DNA from: Takakia lepidozioides
Lineage: Eukaryota; Plantae; Bryophyta
Assembly: GCA_030704615.1 (NCBI GenBank)
Contig: CM060731.1
Location: 36,022,001-36,086,000, forward strand
Length of the DNA stretch: 64,000 bases
Direction of reading: 5' to 3'
Under the pieces are notes generated by a model. That model saw only the letters and a list, made by a program, of their open reading frames with translations. It searched no databases and was not told where the DNA came from. The position numbers and the translations under genes were made by a program. Positions 38,945-51,670 of the stretch are shown here, piece after piece. The stretch's first letter is position 1, and each line of letters opens with the position of its first letter.

Positions 38945-40525
38945 GATTCAGGTACATTGAATGTGAAGTCTTCACCTCGAAGTTAACTTGGCTGACATCA
39001 TCGTTGTTGACGTCTCATTGACGTGTAGCTCGGGGCTTAGCTGGATATCGTGGATGAAACGCTTGGACTTTGTCAGAGGCATTGACGAGGTTGGATGAAG
39101 GTTCCCACGTTCGTTTGCTGATGTCGTAGCCTTTCTAATGTACGAAATACTCAAGTCGTTTATATTTGATGCGAGAGTCTAGGACTTCATCGACTTCATA
39201 CTCAATTTCTTGATTGACTTCGATTGGTGGAGGTGGTACGGAAACTCTCCCTGGAATATTCGATGGATGATACAACTCCAATAGTGAAACATAAAACACT
39301 GGATGGATGCGCATACTTCGTGGGAGTTCAAGCCGAAAACTGACCGGATTTATTTGTCGAATAATTTTGAATGGTCTCAGGCGTTGATAATCCAACTTCT
39401 TTGATGGTCGCGAGGTTTGTATGTCCCGTCGAAGAAGCCACACACGATCTCCGACCTTGAACTGAGGTTGGAGTTGGTGACGTTGATCTACATACTCCTT
39501 GTATTGTTTTTGAGCTTCTGCGAGGTGGGATGTAAGCTCCTTGTGAATCGTAGCAAGATGAGTAGCAAGGTTTTCTGCAGCAGGGCTTCCAACAGTTTTC
39601 ATGTGGAAAGGGTTTGCTCGAGGATGATGACCATAATTGGAGAAAAATGGAGTTTGTTTGGTCGAAGAATGTATAGTGTTGTTGTAGGCAAACTCAGCCA
39701 ATGATAGAAGGTCTGTCCAATTATCTTGATGATAATTTATCGTACAACGAAGATACTGCTCCAAAATCTGGTTTACACGTTCGGTTTGACTATCGGTCCG
39801 TGGATGATTAGCTGTAGAGAGGTTGATCTTAGTATCCAATATGTGAAATAATCCCCTCCAGAAATTTGATATGAACTGTGGTCCTCGATCAGATACGATG
39901 TCCTTCGGGAGTCCATGAATGCGGTAGATATTATTGAGGAAGAGTCTTGCAGTTTCCTCGCCGGAAACCGTCTTATTACATGGAATGAAATGTGTCATTT
40001 TCGTAAAACGATCTACAATAACAATGATTGAATCGGTGGTCTTGGAAATTGGAAGGTCCGTAATAAAGTCCATAGACACGGACGACAATGGACCCCTAGG
40101 AATGGGTGATGGTTAAAAAAGTCGTAAGGTCAATGTCGTGGTCCCTTCGCTCTAGCACACGTGTCACAAGATTTTATAAATTCTTTCACGAGTTTCAACA
40201 TTTACGGCCACCAATAGTCCCTAGATATCAACTTCAATGTTTTGTTGAAGCTGAAATGTCCTGCAGCCGGAAGATCATGACATGTTTGAAGAATTCGAAG
40301 TCGTATAGGTCCTAGAGATACATAGAGAAGTCCCTTGAAGTAAAGTAAACTAGCTTTGAATTCAAAGTCGTTTGTAACATGTGGGTTGTCTCGAGGTTGA
40401 TTTAGTTGACTTCGTAGTGTCGTAGCAAAATGGTCGCTTTTCAGTGCTTCCTGAATCTTCTTTATGATCTCTACATCGTCATAGGTGGACATTGACAGCA
40501 TATTCAATTGGAGATTTGCTGGTTT
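38945..40525 (-). mobile_element. Chromovirus (Ty3/Gypsy) integrase and chromodomain fragment
   Basis: HDLPAAGHF zinc-binding region; SMDFITDLP, IVSDRGPQF, QTERVNQILEQYLR; HPVFYVSLL; chromodomain EYEVDEVLDSR...YFVH*KGY...TWEP. A short probable LTR start (TGTCA) lies near 38998. Confidence 0.92.
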
Positions 40526-41221
40526 GCATTTGCGTTGAATATGCTTTCGATTTGAAACTGTAGTAATCGGCAGCAAACATTTGTCCCTTAGGTTTCTGTA
40601 TATGGATCTGCGTCACATCTATAGCACCCACAATAGATGGCAGACCACACAGTTCTTTGAAGCCGGATTGCATGGGCCAACTTGTAGAGAGAACAAGCAA
40701 CACGGATGCCTACAGGGACAGCTAATCGATATCTAGAATCATTTTTTATCATCAGATGCTGAATTTTTTCAGTTAATTGCCTCACAAACAATCTATTCAC
40801 GCGGAAATGCTCTATCCAACGATGGTCGTCGTACTGTACCATCAGGAATTGTAAGTACCATGTAGTGGATCTAGCTTTGGCCCTGTCCCCCTAAATCTTT
40901 CTTCCCTAACAACTCATATACACATGACAGTCTATACTGATGGAGAATGAGGGAGTTTATCATTTTCTGGAATATCAACCTATTGTCTTGATCAGAAATG
41001 TCGGAGGCTGCAGTAGTTTTCAACTCAGGAACAATGTTCAGCGAACTACACATTTCATGGCTTTCTACGAAACCTAACATCATAACATCCTGCATCTGTA
41101 AAACAAGCTGAAAGAATCGTGCGAGCAAAATAACTTGCAATGGCCTCATAGTGTACAGTTGATGGAATCGACACTGCTCAAGATGAGCACAAACATGAAA
41201 TAACAGATTGTAACGGAGCAA
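40526..41221 (-). pseudogene. Harbinger DDE transposase (HARBI1/DDE_Tnp_4-like), N-terminal remnant
   Basis: YDDHRWIEHFRV...YRLAVPVGIRVACSLYKLAH and GFKELCGLPSIVGAIDVTQIHIQKP...YYSFKSKAYSTQMQ (GAIDGTH-like first catalytic Asp). Truncated by Gypsy sequence; the upstream boundary is approximate. Confidence 0.85.
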
Positions 41222-41723
41222 TCACCAATGACACCGTGTTGCAGTCATGAACGCAGATAGTTACATGTGTGACGCGATGCTACATTTTGTTGATAATTCG
41301 TTGCAAGTGTGAACTGAGGTAGTTAGTTACCAACGGAAAATAGCCCAAAATGATAACTATAGGTGTGAACAGAAGTAAGGTAGCTTAAAATATGCATGTC
41401 GTGGCGATAGACCTTATCGCGGAGGTACGCTATTGGCAAGTGTAAAGTGACCTTTACCAACACAATCATCAATTGTTAGTAGTTGGATGACATTCAGTTT
41501 GTTATTTGATTGCAGGAGTTCACCGTTAGCTAAGTTCCGGTAGTTACTGGGGACAAAAACAATCGTTTGTAAACGAGATGTTAGGGTGTTTCCGTTAGTT
41601 ATTGGCTTTATCCGTCTGAACATCTCAGCCGTCGGTGTGAGGTTTAGGGCTTGGCGGTGAGCAGGGCTTGTTCTTTGTTTCACTCTTGGTGGGGCGCTTG
41701 GGTGTGCTTGGGAGGTAGCGGAG

Positions 41724-42164
41724 ATGACGACCAGGCTGAAGAAGAATCGCAAGAAGAGAGGGCATGTGAGCGCGGGCCATGGCCGTGTGGGCAAGCACAG
41801 GAAGCATCCTGGAGGTCGGGGTAATGCCGGAGGTATGCACCATCACCGGATCCTGTTTGATAAGTACCATCCCGGCTACTTTGGCAAGGTTGGAATGAGG
41901 TACTTCCACAAGACAATGAACCAGTATCATTGTCCGATCGTCAATGTGGACAAGCTGTGGTCGTTGGTGCCCGAGGCGGTGAGGGGCAAGGCGGACGGGG
42001 AGAAGAGTGCGCCATTGCTGGACGTCACGCAGCACGGTTTTTTCAAAGTTCTTGGAAAGGGAGATTTACCCGGCCAACCTTTGGTCGTCAAGGCCAAGTT
42101 TTTTTCCAAACTTGCTGAGAAGAAGATTAAAGAGGCTGGTGGTGCTGTTGTTCTTACCGCCTAA
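41724..42164 (+). CDS. RPL27A: 60S ribosomal protein L27a (uL15), 146 aa, intronless CDS
   Basis: [62 protein letters not shown]...[14 protein letters not shown]; full length. Confidence 0.98.
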   Translation: MTTRLKKNRKKRGHVSAGHGRVGKHRKHPGGRGNAGGMHHHRILFDKYHPGYFGKVGMRYFHKTMNQYHCPIVNVDKLWSLVPEAVRGKADGEKSAPLLDVTQHGFFKVLGKGDLPGQPLVVKAKFFSKLAEKKIKEAGGAVVLTA

Positions 42165-44009
42165 GTTGCAGAGCTTCTGTAGGCTCAGGGAGGTGCTGGA
42201 TTTTTGGGCGAGATTCTTAGTATCTCCATTGTGCTTTGGGGTGTGGCCTTGTACTGCTCGACAAGCGTAACAAGCTTGTCTAATTTGAGGATTCTGTTTA
42301 CGTATATTTTGGTTTAATTGATCCTCGTTTTCCTCCCTTGCTTTGCCCATACCATTGTCACTCCTTTGTCACTAATATTTTTTCCAATCTCCATTCACTC
42401 AAAGGAATGGAATATCTCCAATTTAGACAAGGTCGGGATGTAATAGCAAAATGACCCGATTGTTTGATTTAGGCCTTACGTATGTTCACGGGCTTGCGTT
42501 CTGTGTCTTTAGGTCCTATGTCTTGTCTGCTATCTTTGAAGACCAATCCCTCACCTAACAGCAGGGAAGTAAGCTTTACATCAACGTTTAGCCCACAACT
42601 AGTCTACGTAAAGCATATGGTTTTATTGAGGGCTTTGGAAGATTGCAAGACAGGCAGACTTGCCTGCGCACACCCAAATAAAGACCAGTGCAGAAGGGAA
42701 GTATGGACGAGGAGAGAGAGAGCCTAGGAGTCCCTGTAGTCAGCCTAGGAAGATTCTATTGCTGCAAACAGTAGCTGCGAATCCGTGAGGTAGGGCCAAC
42801 TGTTATCTAGACAAGAAGGCTGCATAGGAGTTTCCTTCCCGAGCAGTTGCCCACTCTTAACTCTTGTCTTCCTTAGCGAGTGTGTGAGTGCTCCTCATGG
42901 CCCCTTCATGGGCTAGCTTGGTACTCTTAGCTATTCTGTGTACCTGGACAGTGGTCATCCTAATGGAAGATGTTGGTCTCCTCACAAAGGCAGGCTCCTC
43001 TCCATTCATGGCTCTTGGAGACCCATGCTTGATCAAAAGAACCATCCAGTCACATGGTGGATAAATGAATCTTCAGATGAAATGCATCACGAGGGAAGTA
43101 TCAATGTGTGTACTGGTCAAGTTAGCAGTGTTTCTGGCACAAGCTAGCTGCATCCTCTTTCCTTCTGACTACGGGAGCTTGTTATTGCATGTACCTTGTT
43201 TCATTTGACACTATGCTCCTTGGCTAGGGCAACTGAGACAGAGAGAGAGCTGACACTGACCAAAGTCAGTATAAGTAAGAGCCTCTTTCCCTTGTGGGTA
43301 CAGGGGCTTCCCATTCTTACTAGTATGCTTCTTGGCTAGAGTTCTTACAGGCTTTGCTCTTCTCATACTTCTAATGGAGACGAATGACTGAAGAGAGATG
43401 GGTCAGAAGTAGAGACATATCGAGCAAAGGGAAAGAGTAAATTTGATGGCAGGTAAAGGGAGGGAAGGGTTCAGAGAGATGGATCAACGATTCTTTGAAG
43501 AAATTGCCCCTCCTATAGCTCGCATGTACCAAGTGCCCTCAACACTCCTTGGCAATCACAGGGCTCCAAATTGATAAATTAAAGGCATTTTGTTTGGTCT
43601 ACTATATGGATCGAGTTATAGAATTATGATTGAATTTGAGGAAAGGAAAATTATTCTGACAAATGTGTGATAGGTCAGAGAGTCCATATCTGCTACATCT
43701 GCTTGGCCAGTTTTGGGAAGGTTACCATTTCTTATGATGTCAAGAGGACACTCTTCGGGATTTTTTTTTCCCTCGCTTAACTCACCTATGGTGGTTCTTA
43801 TGCAATAGTCAGTCTCTCACAATGCCATGGATAGAAGTGGACAAAGTGTTTTGTTGTTCAAGATCATTCATTCATTCATCACTTGTGTGGCTGGATTCCT
43901 TTGGCTCTGGGGCATTTGAGCCTCAACAGCACAGCAGCAAAGAGCCATCAACTTGAGCATCTTGTGGCTCGCCCTCTAACTTGGGATCTGCCAAAATTGT
44001 TTTCTTTAA

Positions 44010-44254
44010 ACTGTTTATTCCGTGGAACCCAATCTCCCACAGAAGTCTTCCATGATGGGTATCAGCAATGCTGGGCAGCTTATCTGCATGAGGTCTTGAC
44101 TCTTAGGCATTCCCTTGAACAGTAGTTGCTTTTGGGCTGCTTTTGGCTCTCTCTGTGCGTGGTTTTGTCTCATTCTTCTTTCTTGTTTTTCCTTTTGTCC
44201 CATAAGCTCTTTGAGCTTTCTGTGGAGGTTATAAAGCACCATTTCATTTCATTT
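44010..44254 (+). mobile_element. 5'-truncated copy of the RTEX-like LINE (ORF end, 3' UTR and tail)
   Basis: CLFRGTQSPTEVFHDGYQQCWAAYLHEVLTLRHSLEQ* is homologous to the LINE C-terminus CLFTDVFHYEDKKCLAAYLHEAFTLRQSLEH*. Ends GTCCCATAAGCTCT...TATAAAGCACCATTTCATTTCATTT. Possible TSD TTTAAAC. Confidence 0.85.
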
Positions 44255-47200
44255 AAACCGTCGTTGTGTGGAAAGATTAGGTAGGTGCTGAATTCATCTT
44301 GCAACTTATACAATCCGCACAAGCAAAGCACAGGTAAATTAAGATAGGCATATCAAGTGTGCAAGTGCCCCAGCTCGTGGGTGAAGCATGCTCAGCCATA
44401 TTGCGGACTGTTTTTTGCAATGCAAAGCCAGTCGGATGTCAGCTTTCTTCTCATTCTTCCTCTTTGTGGGTGCATGTGATTTTTACTCTCCTATCATACT
44501 ACCACCCACCAGTTCACCATGGCAACGAATCTCAACAAAATTGAGACTGGACAGAGACTGGACAGATTGCTAGCAGCTGGCACAGTGACCCCGCATGTCG
44601 ACTGTCGTGTTTGGAGTCGGCACAGAGTGATGGCAAGCAGGCGTCACAAGTAGTGACCAAGTCAGGCACGGTGACAGGCTTGTTCTTCAAGCCTCTAACA
44701 TACTTGTGCCCCACGCTTCTCTCTCCTTGACCAGGTGGGGCTTTGCCTGTGCGGATCCAGGGTAGGGTGATCCTGGACCGTGCATGTGCCTTGACTCGCC
44801 CCTCCATGGGATGTGCGTTGAGCATAGGTATATCCTCTGGACGGTAACCCAAGCGACGTGGAGATTGTCCGTTGAAAACTGTTGGGCTCTCTTATTTTCC
44901 TCCACTAATCGTTATGATCGAGCCCAACTTCTAGAGTGGTTTCCTTCCTGCAAATTTGGAGGTTGTAAGTGGGCCGAGTTAGTCAACCTTCTATACGGTC
45001 AGTTTCCATCCATGACTGCTAATTTCCTGCCAGATATGGCCCTTTCCGGGGCTGAATGGACATGAGGGGTGAAACAAACTTTACTTAACTTGAGTGAGAG
45101 ATAGATTGGAAGGATGAGCGTGAGCTGCTGCCAGTCGTCCACCTATATCCTGACACTGGGAGGACACTGGGTTGACTCTACGACTGTACAAAGTCTTGTC
45201 CTGCAAGCCTTGTCCTCTTTTTGCTGTCAGTACTGCATGTAAGTATTTCTATCGTGATAGATACTAGTATTTCTTTCCTATGGCTTCAATTCTGTCTGTG
45301 GGTCGGTGGAAGCGAACATATAGGTCCTGTCTACTCTCTAGAAGGCCTTCTCTAGCTTGGTAGGGTCATGTTGGGGATGATCGCTGTCTTATATAAATTG
45401 TACCGTCCCATTCTGCATGAGTGCAGCTTACTTGATAAGTAACTTGTTTTTTAGCAAGGAACGACGAGCTCCTGGCACATCAAGCCAGCGTTGAGTACTA
45501 GTAAGTTTGATGGAGAAATGATGCAGCGATAGCACATGAGCGAGCTGGCAGTGCTACATGGGTGCCCTTCTCATGAGCAGAAGCATCTAGAGGCAGTCGA
45601 GAAACGAGCTGCTGTAGCTCTCCCGATTCTTCATCTATCAGCTCAGCTTCCTGAACTACTGGTTTTTGAATTAGTCTGAGATCAGATGCGGAAGAATCGT
45701 GACTGTGTAGCGCTGCCACCACGCTTCTGTCCTCTCTCTGTTGTGATAGATGTTTCCGACTCTTCGCTTGCAACGAGACTTCATCGTGCCAATCCCTCGC
45801 CAATCCGGGCCACCCACATTATACTCCCACTCCAGACAGCCTACGGTATGCTGTCCAATGTCTACACGCTTATCTTCTGTTACATTGCTGAATTCACTGG
45901 TTACGAAGTTGTTCGTTTCTATATATCTGGAAAATGCACTTTGATAGCACTGTCTACATCCCGACCACACAAGTTCCTGCTCTATGGTTGATTCAAATAT
46001 GTTTAGCATTATCATCTTTCCAATGCACACGTTCAATTTCTATTGATTCGAGATTGACTCGTGCAGGTTCTGGTCTGGAGGTGTTGCCGAGTCCTTCGTA
46101 TGAGCCGAGCTTTGATCTCCCAGCTTCCCCTCCCCCTCCCCCTCCTCAAGAAGACACCAACTTCTAGCCTTGCACAGCAGAATCCTCAACCCGTCAAGTA
46201 GGCGATAATGACATTGAGATCTAGGTAAGTTTGTACTGGCAGGTTTGCAGTTTGCACCATCTTGCCAGGCTACATTTTTTGACAGAAAACCAAAATGCCA
46301 TCTGATTTCCCGCCACAAATATGGGCTCCTTGGGCATAGTCTCAAGGAACATCCGAATCCACATCGGAGCATCAAGGGATCCAAATGGGAATGTCATGGA
46401 GCATCTTGCAGATACCGAAATGATAACCTCTCTGGAGGGTGACGGTTGTCTACATAAGCACCCCAACTTATCTTCAAAGGACTTTTTTTTTCAAGGTCCA
46501 AAATAGAGAGTCCACAGGATCGGCTGGGAATTGGGCAGGACTTTGGGTTTCTTTCTGGGGACTAATGTACATACGCACGTCGAGTGTCTGGAAGGATGTA
46601 GACATGAGTAACCTGTGGGGCTTGACTTGCAGGAGGATCTGGAGCTTGGACATGAAACGGTGGAGGAAGCATGACAAGTATGAAGCGTGTTGAAATTTGT
46701 AATGAAGAGAGAAATCTAGAGTGAGGGCTGTGGATATAACCTGGATATAAGTAGTAACTCCATAGTGCCACTTGATGCCTCAAGGGGACTGCGAGGGACA
46801 AAGTAGTGAGCAATTTGAAAGAGGGACGAAGGGAAAGTTTTGAATCAAGTTCCCCTTTCGCAGACCCATCAATAATCAATTAATGTGCAACACAATAATG
46901 GCATTACCCAATTGGGCTAAGTTTCTTACTCCGGTGAGGGGAACCCCGTTATGGCTCCAAGAATGAGTCTGTTGTGCTCAGGTCTATCTTTGCTACAAAG
47001 ATGAAACTTGTGCCTCTATCTGTAGTTCAGCGGACCATTATAATGTTACCTCGATAGTTTTAGTTTCTCACCATCGATTCGAGCAACCCTAGTCAATTTC
47101 TAGTTTGAAGCGATATATCCTGTTCACCATAGAAAGAATCTTGACGATATGGGAAGCAGTTGATCAAAGCACTTGATCAAAGCAATAACCATACAGCACT

Positions 47201-49843
47201 CTAATCCTACAATGTCCCAGGCAAAGGGATCTTTGAATTATGGCCATGAAGACTGCACTGGAGGGCCTCCATGATAGTTGCTTTAATCAACTGTGCTTCT
47301 GTGCTACACTAAACCATGGTTCCAAGCTGCGGATTTTTTCAAGTTAATAGAAGAGGCTTGCAGTGCCCACTTCAAGTGGATGGGAGATATCCAAAACACA
47401 TTTAAGAATTACTGCAAAAGTTCATGCATAATGGAAGCAACCTGACTGTGTTGCGACTTTGCAAAGATAGCATCCACTTGAGGATTCATGGCTATCGTGT
47501 TAAGGAACCAGACAGTTTACACAGTCATTGCTGAAGAACACAGACATGAGAAGGTCCTCAAGTGCAACCAGAATAAACAGCTGATTAGGATGACACACTT
47601 TTGGCAAAAGACAGGTAGCACCAGACTCAATAGGAATAAAGGTTGATGCCTCTGCATAGTCTTCATATGATGCAACTATGAGAGAGAAGCACATGTCGTA
47701 TTGAATTGACTGGGCCACTTGGTCGGAGGCCAAATGACATCTACATGATCCTCTGTAAACTGCTTCTTCTCCACCAAAACTTGATAGTTGTCAAGTTCAC
47801 CTGTAGGCTGATACATACAATTATGTAAGCCATCACTCTGTAGAGCAGCTACACATGTGATCGAGCATACACTTGACTATGCATATTATAGATAATTGGA
47901 GTATGATGTTTAGGATACAGACACTCGTCTTATTAACCAATTTCTTCTCATGGAGATGAGACCTGGGGATGTCAACAAAGATCTTCTTCACCAGTAATTT
48001 GTTGTTTGTACCGGAATTTTCTCTGCACAGTATGAAAGCAAGTATTCTGTGTTGTACTATTCTTCCAAGCCAAGGGTGTGGTTTCCCACAAGGATTCACA
48101 GCCATTTTGAGGTGAGATAGGATGTTCTACTTCGAGGATATTTTCCAAGGTAGAATTGAACCTTGCAGCCGCTTCAATTGGTGAGCTCACACCATATTGA
48201 AATGCCTTTTGTTGGTGGCAAGTATGTCATTGCCACTACTGACCAGAGCAGACTTTGTCCAAAGCATCGCCACAACCTTAAGGTGAGGAGCCAAGTAGTG
48301 ACAATAGTAAGCAGGGACATTTTGGTCGTTGAGTGTCACCCCACAATTAGTTCTAGAGGGTCTATGCCCTGCATGAATGATATCCTCAAGGGTTGCCCTA
48401 AATTAAATTTTACAACTTGCTGTGATAGACTTCACTTTTTTAACAAGCAAGCCTGGGAAAGGGCAAAGTCGAGGTCAATGGTGACATCGTCAAAGCTGGA
48501 ATTCTACCAGATGTCATTCTGAGCAAAGCCCTCGTCCATAGGTATGCGACATTACGCAGGAAGTAGCACAATTTGGTCTTCCAGGCAGGCATCTCTCAGG
48601 GTGTACAGTTATGATGGTGACAACCCCTTCAGTGCAGCATTTCTGCAGATTGTACAATATAGGTATTTAAAGATAGCCCGATCTCCATGCCACTGAAGTT
48701 GTGATGCCTACTCTTATTTTTACAAGAGCCACATTGCTGTCCTGTTTTCCTTTGCCATAAAGGATATATAAATTAAGATCAATGGTTCCTGAAAAGTGTA
48801 CCTAAATTTTGGCTTGTGGAATGCAGGTAAGCTACACTTTGACACAGCTATCGAAGAGTCACCTGGGCCGAGAAAGAAAGGAGTTGGTTCTCTCTGAAAT
48901 CCCGAGCAGGTACCAGACCTCTGTCTCCCTCTTGGAGCTGGTTTGTGTTCCTCCTGGTTCTATTTGTCTAATGGACCCTCAGGGCCACCTATGGCGCTAT
49001 CTCAAACTTTTCTTTTTCCTTTGGCCCCTTGTTATTATAGAGTTTTTTCTTTTTCGTCTCTCTCACAGCCAAGCAGCTGAGTGGAAGGCTACCAATGTGC
49101 TCAATATGTGGGCATGATGGTGAGGACCATGCATACCTTCTGAAGCACTAGACAGTCTTTGGAAATAGAGGCCCTCTTCAAAGACATAATACACCTCTCA
49201 GGGGGAAGCCTTGGTTAAATATTGGTTGCTGTGAGTAGATGGAGTTGGTGCAATATCCCCAACTCTTGGTCCACTGGAAAAAGTTGCTGAAGACGGAAGC
49301 TCAAGCATTCAAGAACACAGGTGCTGCTGCTAATCCACGTGAGAAGCTGGAAGTGCGATTTTTGCCATTGCTTGTGCAAGAATTTTTGGAGGTGAGCCCC
49401 TGTTTGATCACCTGAGCACGATTCTGAGGTCAGCCTGGAAGTTGATGAAGATCAAACTGTCATTAATTCATTAATTCTGTCAAATCCACCATTATCCTAT
49501 GTGCTGCATGTTTCTTGGCAACCAAGTTAGCAGTGCTGCTGGAGGCGTTCTTCTTAAGCAGATTTTAAATATAGTGTCCATAAGCAAAACTTGCCAACAA
49601 AGGCTTTAATTAGCAGTACCAAGACCCCGAGTCTTCTCAAACAGGTTCCTGGAGTTCTGCTGCCAGCATCAAGGACAGAAGTATCTGGTTCCAGCAGGTA
49701 ACGGGGTGAAGGCTCTTGAGGCCGAATGTCCAAATAGGTTTCAAAGCCCGTCCTCATGAAGAGATTCTTCTTTGACGTATGGCAGAGCTTTGAGGTGTGG
49801 CCTGCGAGCTTGAGTGTCAGAGGTTGAACCTAAAAGTTTTCAG

Positions 49844-51670
49844 ATGGCAGCATTGAATGAGGCACACTTACTTGAATTAGGCACCTCCACCATGGCCACT
49901 AGTTTCTTCAGAGGACCTAGAAAGGAGGTAAAGATGCAGTGTTCTGGCGCTTGTGGGGATTTGAGGAGACTATGTAAAGCAGGGGAACTGAAACGGGCAC
50001 TACACAATTTGGTGGAACTAGGCATTTCGGCAGACTCCACAACGTACATCTGTCTCTTACAGGAGTGCATCAAGATTAGAGGCCTAGTGGAGGGAAATCA
50101 GGTGCACGCCCATATTATCAGAAATGGATTCATACCAAATACGTTTCTACTCAACATCCTTGTCAACATGTATGCCAAGTGTGGAAGTTTAGTGGATGCA
50201 CGACAAGTGTTTGACAAAATGCCTGAACGAGATATGTTTACATGGAATATAATGATGGCTGGATATGCCAAGCATGGGTATAGTAGGGAGGCCATCAAGA
50301 TTTATCGTAAAATGATTCTGGAACGGGTGACACCAGACAAGGTCACATTCACTTGCATTCTCAAGGCATGTGCCAGCCTGGGCTCCCTGGCAAAGGGGAA
50401 GGAGGTCCATGCTGATATCATCAAAGCTGCAATTGAGCCAGATATCATTCTGGAAAATATCCTCATTGACATGTATGCCAAATGCGGGAATATGAAGGAT
50501 GCGCGGCAACTGTTCGATGATATGGCTGCCCGAGATGTGGTGTCATGGAATGCGATGATAGCAGGATATAGTCAGCAAGGGTGTGGTAGGGAGGCCCTCC
50601 AACTATTTGAAGAGATGCAAAAGGAGGGCTTGAAGCCGAATGTTGTCTCATGGAGCGCAATGATCGCTGGGTATGCTCAGCATGGATGTAATAGGGATGC
50701 TTTTGAGATGTATGAGCAAATGTTACAGGCAAGTGTGAAGCCCAACATGGTCACGTTTATTTGTATTCTCAATGCATGTACCAGCCTAGGAGCTCTGGAA
50801 AAGGGCAAGGAGGTCCATGCTGATATCTTCAAGGCTGGAATTGCATCGGATATCATTCTGGACACTGCCCTTGTTAACATGTATGCCAAATGTGGGAATA
50901 TAGATGATGCACGAAAAGTATTTGACGGAATGCCGAACCGAAATGTGGTCTCATGGAGCACAATGATTGCAGGATACGCTCAGCATGGGTGTGGTAGGGA
51001 GGCTTGTGAGATGTATGAGCAAATGAAATGGGAAGGGGTGAAGCCCAACATAGTCACGTTCACTTCCGTTCTCAATGCTTGTGCCAGCCTGGTAGCCCTG
51101 GAAAAGGGCATAGAGGTCCATGGCGACATCATCAAAGCTAGGATTGTGCCGGATATCATTCTGGAGAACACCCTTGTCAACATGTATGCGACATGTGGCA
51201 GCATTAAGGATGCCAGTCAAGTCTTTGGCAACATTGCTAAACGTGACGTTGTGTCGTGGAATGCCATGATTGCAGCGTACGCCCAGCATGGGTGTGGTAG
51301 GGAGGCCCTCCAACTATTTGAACAAATGCAACAGGAAGGCTTGAAGCCAGAAGGCATTACCTTTACATCTGTTATATCTGTGTGTAGGCATCTGGGCCTA
51401 GTGGATGAAGGCTGTCACTACTTTGATTCTATGAGTCAAGATCAGGGCCTCATTCCTACAACAGAGCATTTTGGCTGCATGGTGGACCTTCTTGGCCGTG
51501 CAGGGTGCTTGGACAAAGCTGAGGACTTCATTAAGAAAATGCCAGTCAAACCAGATGCTTTGATCTGGAGGGCCCTGCTTGGTGCATGCAGGACTCATGG
51601 CAATGTGGAGGTAGCAGAACGGGCGGCAAAATGCCTTCTTGGATGTGAGCGACAGGGTGCTGCAACTTAG
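49844..51670 (+). CDS. PLS-class pentatricopeptide repeat protein, truncated at E2 (no DYW)
   Basis: Intronless ORF with ~15 PPR motifs (L-S-P-L-S-P-P-L-S-P-L-S-P2-L2-S2), then E1 (DALIWRALLGACRTHGNVEVAERAA) and TAG. First in-frame ATG at 49844. Confidence 0.93.
   Translation: MAALNEAHLLELGTSTMATSFFRGPRKEVKMQCSGACGDLRRLCKAGELKRALHNLVELGISADSTTYICLLQECIKIRGLVEGNQVHAHIIRNGFIPNTFLLNILVNMYAKCGSLVDARQVFDKMPERDMFTWNIMMAGYAKHGYSREAIKIYRKMILERVTPDKVTFTCILKACASLGSLAKGKEVHADIIKAAIEPDIILENILIDMYAKCGNMKDARQLFDDMAARDVVSWNAMIAGYSQQGCGREALQLFEEMQKEGLKPNVVSWSAMIAGYAQHGCNRDAFEMYEQMLQASVKPNMVTFICILNACTSLGALEKGKEVHADIFKAGIASDIILDTALVNMYAKCGNIDDARKVFDGMPNRNVVSWSTMIAGYAQHGCGREACEMYEQMKWEGVKPNIVTFTSVLNACASLVALEKGIEVHGDIIKARIVPDIILENTLVNMYATCGSIKDASQVFGNIAKRDVVSWNAMIAAYAQHGCGREALQLFEQMQQEGLKPEGITFTSVISVCRHLGLVDEGCHYFDSMSQDQGLIPTTEHFGCMVDLLGRAGCLDKAEDFIKKMPVKPDALIWRALLGACRTHGNVEVAERAAKCLLGCERQGAAT

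Larger units (their letters stand above)
35792..41453. mobile_element. PIF/Harbinger transposon (decayed, with nested LTR retroelement fragments)
   Basis: TIRs AGGTCAGTTTACACTTGC / GCAAGTGTAAAGTGACCT (17/18) with TAA/TTA flanks and subterminal copies (~35846, ~41304). Convergent Myb/SANT-like ORF on + and HARBI1-like DDE transposase on -. Confidence 0.88.

Noticed and set aside
41414-42350. Overlapping or antisense ORFs around RPL27A; RPL27A as a retrocopy
   Set aside because: The ORFs are shadow frames. Plant RPL27A coding regions are commonly intronless, and no poly(A) tract or TSD is seen.
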